42,819 nucleotides of DNA from Polyangia bacterium (GCA_030430565.1 JAUIKS010000008.1:303225-346043), one strand, 5' to 3'; positions 18,028 through 27,568 are shown, numbered from the stretch's first letter. The notes: generated from the letters alone by a model not told the origin. Translations and numbers: made by a program.

Positions 18028-18075
18028 CCTCCGATCGTACACGATCGTCCGCGCGGCTTCGTGTAGCCTCGGTCC

Positions 18076-18420
18076 ATGTCGGCAGTTCGCAAGGGTCAGG
18101 CGTTTACGCGCGAGGCGCTGTTCGGGGGTCGCGGCGCGGTCCAGGTCTGGAACCTCTTGGCCGGGCGGGCGGCGCCGCCGTTCACGGCCGTGCTCTCCTG
18201 CGAGCTCGCGCCCGGCGGACGCGTGGGTCGCCACCGGCAGGAGCACTTCCCGGAGATCGTGATCGGTCTCGAGGGACAGGGCGAGGCGCGGGTCGGCGAC
18301 GCGGCGCAGCCGCTCACCCCCGGCGACGTGGTCCACCTCCCACTCGGGCAGGCGCTCGAGCTGCGCAACCTCTCGGACGAGGCGCCGCTGCGCTACCTGA
18401 TCATCAAGGCGCGCGGCTAG
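18076..18420 (+). CDS. Cupin-domain protein
   Basis: 114 aa with an ATG start. RHRQEHFPEIVIGLEGQGEARVGD ... GDVVHLPLGQ matches the two-motif cupin pattern G(X)5HXH..E / G(X)5PXG(X)2H. Confidence 0.6.
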   Translation: MSAVRKGQAFTREALFGGRGAVQVWNLLAGRAAPPFTAVLSCELAPGGRVGRHRQEHFPEIVIGLEGQGEARVGDAAQPLTPGDVVHLPLGQALELRNLSDEAPLRYLIIKARG

Positions 18421-20756
18421 TCCGCCGGCGTCTCGAGGTACGCGCGCGCCAGCGCGTCGAGCACCACGCCCAGGCTGAAGCGCGCCAGCTCGCGCCACTC
18501 CCTCGCGTGCCCCTGGAGCTGCACGCGCATCCGCCCCGCGCGATCAATGAAGGTCAAGGTGCCGGAGGATCGGTTGCCTCGCATCAGCCGCAGCGCCTCC
18601 TCGAGCACGACCGGCGCGTCGTCGAGCGAGATCGAGGTCGAGCCTGCCCGGCCGAGCGAGCGCGCGGCCTCCCACAGCAGCAGCGGCGCGTAGTCCTCGA
18701 TCCCCGCGATCATCCGGCGGGCCTCCTCGAGCTCACCGCGCGCGCGGGCGACGAGCGCGTAGTTGATCCACGCGCCCAGGCGAAACGGCTGCCCGGGCTG
18801 GACGACGCCGTGGAGACACGCGCGCGCGCGCTCGAGCTCGCCGCGCTTGCGCCACAGCTCGCCCTCGTAGGTGTGCGTCGCCTCGTGCTCGAGGTACGTG
18901 TAGTACTGCTGCCCCTCGCGCCAGCGCGCCAGCGCCTCGTCAAAGCGCCCCATGAGCATGTACGACGCGCCCGCGCCGATGTAGCCCCAGCGCGTCCGGG
19001 TCGCGCGCCAGATCCCGTCGAAGGCCCGCGCGGTCGCCTCGTACTCCCCCATCCACAGCCGGATCTCGGCGCCGTAGGTGCCGCCGAAGGGCACCTCCGG
19101 GTAGTCGCGGGCGAACCGCTCGAGCGACGCGATCACCGTCTCCGGCGACGCCGCGCGCAGCCGCCCCTGGAGCCGCTCGACGCGGACGCGCGACGAGATC
19201 ACGTGGCTGGCGTCCTCGAGCGCCGCGCCGGGCTCAGAGAGGAAAGTGCGACGCTCGGAGAGGTTGCCGCCGAAGCGCCGCAGCGCCGTCCGGACGAGCG
19301 CGAGGATGTGATCCGGCTCGTCGAAGCGCAGCCGCGCGGGCTGATCAGAGAACACGTCGCGCAAGAGGCTCTTGTAGATGTAGCGCGTGCGGTCCCGCAG
19401 GTACTTGCGCCTGCTGTCCACGCTGCACTCGGCGAGCACGCGCACGAGCTGCCAGGCCGCCGCGTCGGCGAAGCCGTCCTCGCGGGCCGCCGCGAGCGCC
19501 TCCTTGCCGCGACCCAGCTCGAGGAGCGTGAGGACCCGCCACAGCCGCGTGGGGATGTGCGCCGCGTCGCGGCGGTAGGCGACCTCGAGCAGCTCGAGCG
19601 CCGCCGCGTGCCGCCCCTCGAGATAGGCCGCCGCGCCCAGCACCATCCAGGCGTAGGCCGCGTCGTCTCCCCCCGCCCGCGCCGACTCGGCGAGCGCGAC
19701 CGCCTCGTCGAGCTGCAGACGCCAGAGCTTGAGCTTCGCGAGCTCGAGCGTGATCGCGCGCGCCCGCGGATCGGCGTCGCGCGCCCGCGACTGCAGGCTC
19801 GTCAGCAGCGCCTCGCCCTCGGCGTAGCCCCCGGTCTCGATCAGCGCGCGCGCCAGCGCCAGCCCGACCTTCAGCGCCCCGTCGTCGCGGGCCATGAAGG
19901 CGCTCGCGCGCCGCTTGAGCAGCTCGACCGCGCGCGTCTCGCGAGCGAGCGAGTCGAGGAACAGCTCGTCGGCCGGGCGCAGCGCCTCGCCGACCCGCTC
20001 GAGGCACACGAGCGCCTCCCGCCCGCGCCGCAGCAGGAACAGCAGGCGCGCGCACACCAGCCAGTCGTCGCTCCGCGCGGCCGCGGACGCGAGCGCGCGC
20101 GCCTCGCTCGTCGCGGGCTCGTGGAGCCCGAGCAGCCCGAGCAGCAGCGCGCGCGTGAGCGCGGTGGCGTCGTCCTCCCGCGTCTCCCACGCCGCGAGCG
20201 CGCGGTCGGTCTCGTCTGTCGCTACGAGCAGGTGAGTGAGCGCGCTGAACAGCGCGGGCGGGCACGCCTCGTCGGCGAGCAGCGACTCCGCAGCCGCGCG
20301 CGCCGCCCCGGGGAGCGCGGCCTCACGGGACAGCATGGCGTCCCGCGCCGCCGCGTAGCAGCGCCGCAGCGCCGCCCGCCGCGGGCTCGCGGCGCGGGCG
20401 GGCGTCGACCCCTCGTCCTCCTCGAGCGCGCGGCAGCTCGCCCGCAGCGCCTGCACCCGCCAGAACACGTCGTCCGGGGCGCGCTCGAGCTGCCGGCGCA
20501 CGGCGAGCTGCAGGCGCTGAAGCATCGGCCTCGCGTCCCCGGGCCGCGAGATCACGCGCACCGCCAGCCGCCCGCGCCCAGGGTCGTCCAGCGCGACGTC
20601 GATTTGCTCGCCCGCCGGCGTTCGGTACCGCAAGAGGATCGAGTCGCTCGAGACGCGCACGCGCGCCGGACGCAGTCCACGGGGCCACGACGCGAACCAC
20701 GCCGGCGGCTCGAGCTCGCAGCGAACACGGATCCTCGGGCGCTCCGGCATGGGCAC
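18417..20756 (-). CDS. Large TPR-repeat protein (hypothetical)
   Basis: 779 aa. GTG at 20756 or ATG at 20750. Ala/Leu-rich helical repeats throughout (YAWMVLGAAAYLEGRHAAALELLEVAYRRD and similar), consistent with TPR-like solenoids. The stop overlaps the cupin gene stop by 4 nt (convergent). Confidence 0.65.
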   Translation of the reverse strand: MPMPERPRIRVRCELEPPAWFASWPRGLRPARVRVSSDSILLRYRTPAGEQIDVALDDPGRGRLAVRVISRPGDARPMLQRLQLAVRRQLERAPDDVFWRVQALRASCRALEEDEGSTPARAASPRRAALRRCYAAARDAMLSREAALPGAARAAAESLLADEACPPALFSALTHLLVATDETDRALAAWETREDDATALTRALLLGLLGLHEPATSEARALASAAARSDDWLVCARLLFLLRRGREALVCLERVGEALRPADELFLDSLARETRAVELLKRRASAFMARDDGALKVGLALARALIETGGYAEGEALLTSLQSRARDADPRARAITLELAKLKLWRLQLDEAVALAESARAGGDDAAYAWMVLGAAAYLEGRHAAALELLEVAYRRDAAHIPTRLWRVLTLLELGRGKEALAAAREDGFADAAAWQLVRVLAECSVDSRRKYLRDRTRYIYKSLLRDVFSDQPARLRFDEPDHILALVRTALRRFGGNLSERRTFLSEPGAALEDASHVISSRVRVERLQGRLRAASPETVIASLERFARDYPEVPFGGTYGAEIRLWMGEYEATARAFDGIWRATRTRWGYIGAGASYMLMGRFDEALARWREGQQYYTYLEHEATHTYEGELWRKRGELERARACLHGVVQPGQPFRLGAWINYALVARARGELEEARRMIAGIEDYAPLLLWEAARSLGRAGSTSISLDDAPVVLEEALRLMRGNRSSGTLTFIDRAGRMRVQLQGHAREWRELARFSLGVVLDALARAYLETPAD

Positions 20757-20803
20757 ACTCTATCAAGCCGCGCCGGCGGCGGCGCGGCCGCGAGCGCGGG
20801 CGC

Positions 20804-22516
20804 TCAGCCGATGTCAGGTAGGCACTGGTACTCGAGATCGATCTGCGCGTCGAAGTCCCCCTGCACGAGATCGCACGCCTCCGGGCACAGGAAGACCGTG
20901 TCGCCGAGGATGTAGAACTTGTCGGGGCCGCACTCTTCGGGCCCGGGGACCTGCTCGAAGGGGACGGCGTCGCCCATCCCCATCGGCGTGTAAAAAATCT
21001 CGATCGACGAGAGGTCGAGCTCCTGCTCGTCGGGCGGGACCGGGACCGGGAACTCGCAGGCGACCGAGGAGCCCTCGATGACGCCCTGCGCGATCGCCTG
21101 GAACACCACGTCGTAGGAGGTCGTGTCGCACAGCGGGAAGCGCAGCGCGTTGGTCTGCACGCTGAGCGCCTGGTGCCCCGTGCCCGGATCGGCGGCGGAG
21201 GGGCAGTCCGCGGTGAGGATCGGGTCGTCCGGCGTGTACGGGGCGTCCGGCGGGTCGTTGTAGTCCACGCCGACGATCGAGTAGTAGCTGTAGCGACGAT
21301 CCTCGGCCGTCCCGAATTGCTCTTCGGACAGGCCGAGCAGCGCCGCGTCGAACTCCATCGCCTCGCTCACGCCGTCGTTGACGTTGTCGTTGTCGTCAAA
21401 GTCGTGGCCGCTGTAGCTGCAGTTGATCCCGTCGTCGCTGATCCCGATGAAGGTCTTGATCGAGTCGTCGCGCAGCCACTGGAGGTAGCCGGTCTGACCG
21501 AACTCGTCCTGGGCGTCCAGCGGGAAGTGCTCGATCAGCTTGCACCACGCGTTGTGGCTGCCGATCGGCGTGCTGTAGTGATAGAAGATCGGCGGGTTGT
21601 TGACGGGCTGGTTCGGCGGGTTGTCGCAGCCGCCCGCCTGGATCCCGCTCAGCGGCTCCTCGATGCAGATGCTCTCGGGGCCGTTCCACGCGCCGTGCTG
21701 GCTGACCATGATCACGCGGTAGTCGAGGCCGCTCTGCTTGATGATGTTGGCGAAGTTGACGTTGATGTTGTCCTGAACGCCCTTGATCTCCTGGCCCATG
21801 CTGCCGGAGTTGTCGATCACGAAGATCACGTCGACGGGGCTGATCTCGAGGGTCGCTTCGAAGTCCTGGGTCCCGCAGGGCGAGGGCGGCGGCACGCAGG
21901 TGTTGGTGCACGCGTCCTCGTCAACGTCGTTGCCGTCGTCGCACTCCTCGCCAGGGTCGAGCACCCCGTTGCCGCAGGTCTGGACCGCGCAGGCGTTGGT
22001 GCACGCGTCGTCATCTACGTCGTTGCCGTCGTCGCAACCCTCGTCCGGGCCGTCGAAGCCGTCGCCGCAGACGTTGAGCGTGCAGTCCTCCTTGCACACG
22101 CCGTTGTTGTGGTTGCTGCCCCCGTCGTCGCACTCCTCGCCGGGGCCCTTGTCGTCGTCGCCGCAGACGTTGACGACGCAGCCGTCCAAGCACGCGCCGC
22201 CCGGGCCGTTGTCGTCGCCCTCGTCGCACTCCTCGCCGGCGTCGACCGTGCCGTCGCCGCACACGCCGCCCGCGGTGACGTCCATCGTCGTCTCGGTCGT
22301 GCTCCCGCCGGTCTCCGACATCGAGCCCGTGCCGCCCGGGCCCGCGGTGCTGTCGGTCTCCGACGCGCCGCCGCTCGTGCTCGAGGAGCCGGACGCGGCG
22401 ACGCCCGTCGAGGAGCTCGTCTCGCCAGCGCTCGCGCCGGTCTCTGTGGAGTCGTCCCCGCAGGCGAGCGGGGCGAGCAGGAGCAGCGGGATGATCAAGT
22501 CAGTCTTCACAGACAT
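20804..22516 (-). CDS. Secreted lipoprotein with myxobacterial Cys-rich repeats (CxDG...GEECDDGN type) and a VWA-like domain
   Basis: 570 aa with an ATG start. MSVKTDLIIPLLLLAPLACGDD signal plus lipobox. Ser/Thr/Gly-rich tether. Five tandem repeats of the form CGDG.(V)D.GEECDDGN....DGC...C (CGDGFDGPDEGCDDGNDVDDDACTNACAVQTCGNG, CGNGVLDPGEECDDGNDVDEDACTNTC and others), then VIFVIDNSGSMG (MIDAS-like). Confidence 0.75.
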   Translation of the reverse strand: MSVKTDLIIPLLLLAPLACGDDSTETGASAGETSSSTGVAASGSSSTSGGASETDSTAGPGGTGSMSETGGSTTETTMDVTAGGVCGDGTVDAGEECDEGDDNGPGGACLDGCVVNVCGDDDKGPGEECDDGGSNHNNGVCKEDCTLNVCGDGFDGPDEGCDDGNDVDDDACTNACAVQTCGNGVLDPGEECDDGNDVDEDACTNTCVPPPSPCGTQDFEATLEISPVDVIFVIDNSGSMGQEIKGVQDNINVNFANIIKQSGLDYRVIMVSQHGAWNGPESICIEEPLSGIQAGGCDNPPNQPVNNPPIFYHYSTPIGSHNAWCKLIEHFPLDAQDEFGQTGYLQWLRDDSIKTFIGISDDGINCSYSGHDFDDNDNVNDGVSEAMEFDAALLGLSEEQFGTAEDRRYSYYSIVGVDYNDPPDAPYTPDDPILTADCPSAADPGTGHQALSVQTNALRFPLCDTTSYDVVFQAIAQGVIEGSSVACEFPVPVPPDEQELDLSSIEIFYTPMGMGDAVPFEQVPGPEECGPDKFYILGDTVFLCPEACDLVQGDFDAQIDLEYQCLPDIG

Positions 22517-22570
22517 GACTTATAAAACATGTATTTGAGTTAATGCCGCCGAAGCGGCGCGCGTGCGCGC
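22517..22570 (-). promoter_or_regulatory. AT-rich putative promoter region for the Cys-rich lipoprotein gene; also contains a small hairpin that could terminate the upstream kinase gene
   Basis: gacttataaaacatgtatttgagttaat is strikingly AT-rich for this genome and lies directly upstream of the ATG at 22516. A GCCGC-CGAA-GCGGC hairpin at 22545-22558 lies 11 nt past the kinase stop. Confidence 0.3.
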
Positions 22571-24412
22571 CTACGCGCCCGCCTCGACCGCGCGGAGGGC
22601 CACGATCGCGCGCCGCAGGTCCTTGCGCAGGCAGCCCAGGCAGTCACGCCGCTTAAACGCCTTGCCGCACTCGTCCCGCGGGAGCTTGCTCATCCGGCGC
22701 AGCAGCGGGAGCACGCGCGGGTCGCCGAGCTGCTCCAGCTCGAGCAGCACCGGCTGCTTCTCTTTGCAGGTGCTCGCGCGCTCGATCGCCGCGGCCAGGC
22801 GCGCGTAGTCGGGGACCTCGTCGGCGGGCTCGTGCTCGAGGATCGTCTCGATCGACCTCTTGAGCCGGTTGGGTCGCTTGCCGTCGATCACGACCGCGAT
22901 GGGCTCCTCGAGCTCGGCCGGCGCCGACGCGCCGCGTGATCCCGCGCCTGCCCGCTTCGACACCTTCGCTGTCGCGGCCGCGGGCTCCTCCACGTCTTCG
23001 TCGTCGCGCGACGACGCGCCGTCGTCGGACGATCCCGTCAGCGCGACGACCAACCCACCCACCAGCGCGACCAGCAGCAGCGCCGCGCCAGCGACGATCG
23101 CGAGGTTGCGCCCCGGCGCGCGGGACCGAAGCTCCCCCCGCGCCCCCGCGAGGATGCCGAGCGGGCTGTTCGGGCTCCGCGACGCCGACAGCAGCCGCTC
23201 CGCGGCGGCGGTCGGGGACTCGGCGATCTGCGTGACCGCGACCGGCTCGCGCGCTCCGCTCGGGGGCCCCGCCGGGAACACGACGCCGGCCGCGACGCTC
23301 AGCTCCTTGGGCGCGCCGTCGGCGAGCGCGTTGAGCCGCGTGCAGACCTCGACCGCGTCGCGCGCGCGCGCGGAGGCGTTTCGCGCCAACAGGCGCTCGA
23401 CCAGCTCGACCAGCTCCGCCGGCAGCTCCACGCCCTCGACGCCCGAGAGCGAGGGTGCCTCCTGGGTCAGCTGCATCTCGACGAGCGACTCCAGATCGTC
23501 GGCCGGCCACAGCCGCCGCCCCGAGATGCACTCCCACAGCAGCACGCCGAGCGAGTAGAGGTCGGCGCGCGCGTCGACGACCCCGCCGATCGCCTGCTCC
23601 GGCGCCATGTAGCCGGGCGTGCCGAGCACGACGCCGACGCGCGTGAGGACCGCGCCGTCGTCCGCGACCGGCGAATTCTCGGTGATGCGGGCCAGCCCGA
23701 AGTCGAGCACCCGCGCGAACGCGCTGCCGTCGGCCTGGCGCTCGATGATCAAGTTGTCCGGCTTGAGGTCGCGATGGATGATCCCCAGGCCGTGCGCCAT
23801 GGCGAGCGCGTCGGCGATCTGCCCGCCGAGCCGACACGCGAGCCCCCACGGCAGCGGCCCGCGGGCGAGGATCGCCTCGAGGCTCTGACCGTGCACCAGC
23901 GTGCTCACGAGGAAGGCGCCGCCCTCGAGGAGCTCCCCGTAGTCCATCGCGCCGACGATGTGCGGGTGGTCGAGCAGCGCCGTCACCTTCGCCTCGCGTT
24001 CGAAGCGCGCGAGCACCTCGTCGTGGTTGAGCGTCTCGGCGCGGATGAGCTTGACCGCGACCTGCTTGTTGAGCTTGAGGTGCTCGGCGCGGTACACCGA
24101 GCCCATGCCGCCCTCGCCGATCTTGTCGAGGATCCGGTAGCGCCCCTCGATGACGCGCCCGATCATCGGGTCGATCGCCACGCCGAGCTCCGCCTCGTCC
24201 GCGACGACCTGCGCGGTCAGGCCCGCGGGCCCCTGCTCCTCGCTCGGCGCCGCCGCGGGCGCGGGGGCCGGCTCGATCGGGCGCGGCGTGACGAACATGG
24301 TGCCGCCCTTGGCGAGCGCGCTCCAGTCGGGCGCCCCGGGCTGCGCCCCCTGCAGCTGGGCCTCTGAGCCGATGCCGGAGAACGCTCCGCCCTGCGAGTC
24401 ATCGTTCGTCAT
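22571..24412 (-). CDS. Eukaryotic-like Ser/Thr protein kinase with single TM segment and C-terminal extracytoplasmic region
   Basis: ATG at 24410-24412 (MTNDDS); the ORF track starts 20 codons earlier. Hanks-type motifs: GEGGMGSVYRA (Gly loop), VAVK, HRDLKPDN (catalytic loop), DFG, GTPGYMAPE. TM helix LAIVAGAALLLVALVGGLVVAL. Confidence 0.85.
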   Translation of the reverse strand: MTNDDSQGGAFSGIGSEAQLQGAQPGAPDWSALAKGGTMFVTPRPIEPAPAPAAAPSEEQGPAGLTAQVVADEAELGVAIDPMIGRVIEGRYRILDKIGEGGMGSVYRAEHLKLNKQVAVKLIRAETLNHDEVLARFEREAKVTALLDHPHIVGAMDYGELLEGGAFLVSTLVHGQSLEAILARGPLPWGLACRLGGQIADALAMAHGLGIIHRDLKPDNLIIERQADGSAFARVLDFGLARITENSPVADDGAVLTRVGVVLGTPGYMAPEQAIGGVVDARADLYSLGVLLWECISGRRLWPADDLESLVEMQLTQEAPSLSGVEGVELPAELVELVERLLARNASARARDAVEVCTRLNALADGAPKELSVAAGVVFPAGPPSGAREPVAVTQIAESPTAAAERLLSASRSPNSPLGILAGARGELRSRAPGRNLAIVAGAALLLVALVGGLVVALTGSSDDGASSRDDEDVEEPAAATAKVSKRAGAGSRGASAPAELEEPIAVVIDGKRPNRLKRSIETILEHEPADEVPDYARLAAAIERASTCKEKQPVLLELEQLGDPRVLPLLRRMSKLPRDECGKAFKRRDCLGCLRKDLRRAIVALRAVEAGA

Positions 24413-24735
24413 CAAGCGCCACTCACCGTCGCCAGCCGGTCGCGCGCGCGAGCGCGGCGCCGATCCACCCACGACGAGAGTACCGCGTGCGCGCGCTCGG
24501 GGACTAGCCCCATCGCGCGCCGTGGTTCTGCCGCGAACGACGAGCGCACGAGGCTACAGCAGATGCTCGCGCGTCGCTTCGCGTTCGCCTCGTTCGCGCT
24601 TCGGTCCGCTCGCTGCATTTCCGCCCCCTTGCCGATCGCGCGTCGAGACGTGATGAGCGATGGGGACTCGCGCGAACGGACCGACGACGACCGGGCCGCG
24701 GGCCCGCGCGCCATCGCGCCGAGCGGGCGCGCGAC

Positions 24736-26592
24736 TCAGGCGCGCTCCTGCGTGATCCCGTAGCGCTTGAGCTTGTTCAAGAATGTCCGCAGGGGCATCT
24801 TGATCAGCCGGGCCGCCTGGGTCTTGTTCCCGCCGGAGGCGCGCATCGCCTCGGAGATCCGGCGCACCTCGAGCTCGCGGATCTCCTCCTGCAGCGGGCG
24901 GAAGCGGGGCGTGTCGTCCTCCCCGGGCGCCGGGCGCTGCGGAGCCGCGCCCGCGCCCGCGCGCGGCGGCGGCTCCTGCTCCAGCAGATCTCCGACGTGC
25001 CAGGACTCGAGCGTGCTCCCCGAGATCACGCTCGCGGCGTACTCCATCGCGTTGCGGAGCTGCCGGATGTTCCCGGGCCACGAGCGCGCCGCGAGGTCCC
25101 GCATCGCGTCGCCCGTGATCACGAGCGGCGCGCGGCCCTGGCGGACGCAGGCGTCCGTCAAGAACTTGCGCGCGAGGATGGCGAGCTCGCGCGGCCGGTC
25201 GCGCAGCGGCGGCAGCCACAGCCGCGCACCACCTAGCCGAAAGAACAGGTCTTCCCGGAACCGCCCCTCGCTGACCGCGTCCTTGAGCTCGCGGTGGGTC
25301 GCCGCGATCATCCGGACGTCGATCGAGATCTCGGAGATGCCGCCGACCCGCATGATCCGCTGGCTCTCGAGCGCGCGCAGCAGCTTGGCCTGCGCGACCA
25401 GGCTCAGCTCCGCGACCTCGTCGAGGAACACCGAGCCGCCGTTCGCCGCCTCGAGCAGGCCGACCTTGGTCGCGTGCGCGCCCGTGAAGGCGCCCCGCTC
25501 GTGGCCGAACAGCTCGCTCTCGATCAGGCTGTCTTGCAGCGCCGCGCAGTTGAGCGCGACGAGCCGCCCGCTCGCCCGCGGCGACCAGTGGTGTATCGCG
25601 CGCGCGACCAGCTCTTTGCCGGTCCCGGTCTCGCCGCACACGAGCACCGGGATGTCCGAGGCCGCGACTCGCTCGGCGATCCCGTACACGCGCAGCGTCG
25701 CCAGGTCCGCCGCGACGATCTCGACGTCACCCGTGTGGATCATGCGATAGGCGTCCGTCGCGTCGATGACCAGGCCGGGCGCCGCCGTGTCGACGGCCGC
25801 GCGCGCGGCCGCGATCATCGTCTCGATCTGCGCGCCGTCGCGGGGACAGCACGCGAAGCCCATCCGGCACCCCGGGTCGACCCGCGAGAGCGCCGCGTGC
25901 ACCCCCCGCGCCAGCTCGCGCCCGTCCTCGGCGTCCGCCTCCGGCATCAGCAGCAGCAGCACGCCGTCGGGCTCGGGGGCCGCCGTGTCGATCGCCCGCA
26001 GCTGCTTCATCAGCACCGGCTCGATCGCGCGGTGATCCGCGGCGGGCAGACGCACCGCGACGACGCAGAGGTCGCGCCCGAAGTTGACCGCGCGCAGTAG
26101 CTCCTCGCCGAGCCGCGCGCGGAAGTCCGCCTTGTCGATCATGCGACGCCCGCCGCGCGCCCGCCCGCGCGCGTGGTAGATGATCGTCGTGTTCGCGATC
26201 GAGATGACGTCGCCCGGGTGGAGCAGGTGCGGCGCGTCGATCCGCTGGTCGTTGACCGCGGTGCCGTTCTGGCTGCCGAGGTCGAAGATCGTCGCGCGGC
26301 CGTCCTCGATCACGAGCTGCGCGTGCCGCCGCGACGCGAGGTAGTCGACGATCTGCAGGCCGACCTCGACCGCGCGGCCGATCAACACGACGCCGGCGCG
26401 CGGGAGCGTGAAGACGAAGGCCGAGTCTCGCTGCAGCACCATCAGGTAGCCCGGCGCGTCAGCCTGCCCGTCGGCCTGCTCGTCCGCGCTCGACGAGCTC
26501 GGCGCCGAGAGGGTGTTGTGCAGCGTCGGCGCCGACCACAGGTGCCCCTTCGGTTTGCGCGGGGCCGCGCCGCCGCTGTTGCTCTCGTCCAT
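24736..26592 (-). CDS. Sigma-54-dependent transcriptional activator (bacterial enhancer-binding protein) with N-terminal FHA domain and C-terminal Fis-type HTH
   Basis: 618 aa with an ATG start. FHA-like GRAVEVGLQIVDYLASRRHAQLVIEDGRATIFDLGSQNGTAVN. AAA+ sigma-54 interaction domain: Walker A GETGTGKE, ESELFGHERGAFTGA (GAFTGA motif), Walker B SVFLDEV, arginine finger region RQLRN. C-terminal HTH KTQAARLIKMPLRTFLNKLKRYG. Confidence 0.85.
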   Translation of the reverse strand: MDESNSGGAAPRKPKGHLWSAPTLHNTLSAPSSSSADEQADGQADAPGYLMVLQRDSAFVFTLPRAGVVLIGRAVEVGLQIVDYLASRRHAQLVIEDGRATIFDLGSQNGTAVNDQRIDAPHLLHPGDVISIANTTIIYHARGRARGGRRMIDKADFRARLGEELLRAVNFGRDLCVVAVRLPAADHRAIEPVLMKQLRAIDTAAPEPDGVLLLLMPEADAEDGRELARGVHAALSRVDPGCRMGFACCPRDGAQIETMIAAARAAVDTAAPGLVIDATDAYRMIHTGDVEIVAADLATLRVYGIAERVAASDIPVLVCGETGTGKELVARAIHHWSPRASGRLVALNCAALQDSLIESELFGHERGAFTGAHATKVGLLEAANGGSVFLDEVAELSLVAQAKLLRALESQRIMRVGGISEISIDVRMIAATHRELKDAVSEGRFREDLFFRLGGARLWLPPLRDRPRELAILARKFLTDACVRQGRAPLVITGDAMRDLAARSWPGNIRQLRNAMEYAASVISGSTLESWHVGDLLEQEPPPRAGAGAAPQRPAPGEDDTPRFRPLQEEIRELEVRRISEAMRASGGNKTQAARLIKMPLRTFLNKLKRYGITQERA

Positions 26593-26754
26593 CGCGCTCG
26601 ACTCGTCGCCCAGCAGGCCGTGCTAGGGCTCGAGAGTAGGTCAGTCGCGCCTCGGTGTGGGGCGTGGTTTGAAAACCCCGATCGCGCTGAGTCCAACAGA
26701 CAGCTCGCTCGCCGCACGTCACCGCGCCAGCCAGCCCGCGCGCGCGCGCTCGCG

Positions 26755-26806
26755 CCGTGCAACAGCTGCATGGCAGGATCGATTCGACCGTGCAGCAGCT
26801 GCACGG
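26755..26806. promoter_or_regulatory. Direct repeat of a 19-nt palindrome-containing element (CCGTGCA[A/G]CAGCTGCA[T/C]GG) in the divergent EBP / ECF-sigma promoter region
   Basis: Copies at 26755-26773 and 26788-26806, 33 nt start-to-start. The second copy contains a perfect 7-N-7 palindrome GTGCAGC-A-GCTGCAC. Confidence 0.45.
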
Positions 26807-26878
26807 TCGAGCCGCCGAGCCGCCGCCAATTCGCTGGCGCGACGCGGCTGGAACGGCGCCTGCACTACCGCGTCGCTG

Positions 26879-27568
26879 ATGCCTACCGCTCAGCCCAGCT
26901 CGCCGTACATGCCCCCGCCCGCCCGCCACGCGCGGGAGCGCGCGCGGAGGTACGGCGGCACGCGACGCGCTCCGCTCCGACGACGCGCGCCCCCACGCAG
27001 TGAAGACGAGTGTCTCGCCGCCGCGCGCCGCGGCGACCGCGAGGCGCAGGGGCAGCTGTTTCGCCGGCACGCGCGCCGCGTCACGAGGACGATCCTGCGC
27101 GTCACCCGTGACGAGAGCGGCGTCGAGGACTTGGTGCACGAGGTGTTCATCCGCGCCTTCAACAGCGTCCGCCGGTTCCGCGGCGACGCCCGGATCGAGA
27201 CCTGGCTGCACGTCATCGCCGTCAACCTCGCGCGCACCTGGCTCGACCGCGAAGCGCGGAGGCGACGGCGCGACGCGTTCGCGGTCACGCGCGCGCACGA
27301 GGAGCCGCTCAGCCCCGATGAGCACGTCGAGCGCGCGCTCCACCGCGAGCGCCTGCACACCGTGATCGCGACGCTCCCGAAGATCTTTCGCGACGCCTTC
27401 ATCGCCCGCGCCGTCGACGGGCTCTCGCTGCGCGAGGCCTCGCGCCGGCTCGGCGTCGGCGTGAGCACGGTTTCGTTTCGCGCCCAGCGCGGTGAGCAGC
27501 TGGTCTGCGCGGCGCTCGGCCTGGAGTGGGTCTCGCCCAGGCGACGCCGCGCACAGCCGGCGACATAA
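26879..27568 (+). CDS. ECF (group IV) sigma-70 family RNA polymerase sigma factor
   Basis: Start taken at the internal ATG at 26879 (alternative ATG at 26909); the ORF track extends 74 codons upstream. Region 2 (VEDLVHEVFIRAFNSVRRFRGDARIETWLHVIAVNLARTWL) and region 4 HTH (DAFIARAVDGLSLREASRRLGVGVSTVSFRAQRGEQ). Confidence 0.75.
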   Translation: MPTAQPSSPYMPPPARHARERARRYGGTRRAPLRRRAPPRSEDECLAAARRGDREAQGQLFRRHARRVTRTILRVTRDESGVEDLVHEVFIRAFNSVRRFRGDARIETWLHVIAVNLARTWLDREARRRRRDAFAVTRAHEEPLSPDEHVERALHRERLHTVIATLPKIFRDAFIARAVDGLSLREASRRLGVGVSTVSFRAQRGEQLVCAALGLEWVSPRRRRAQPAT

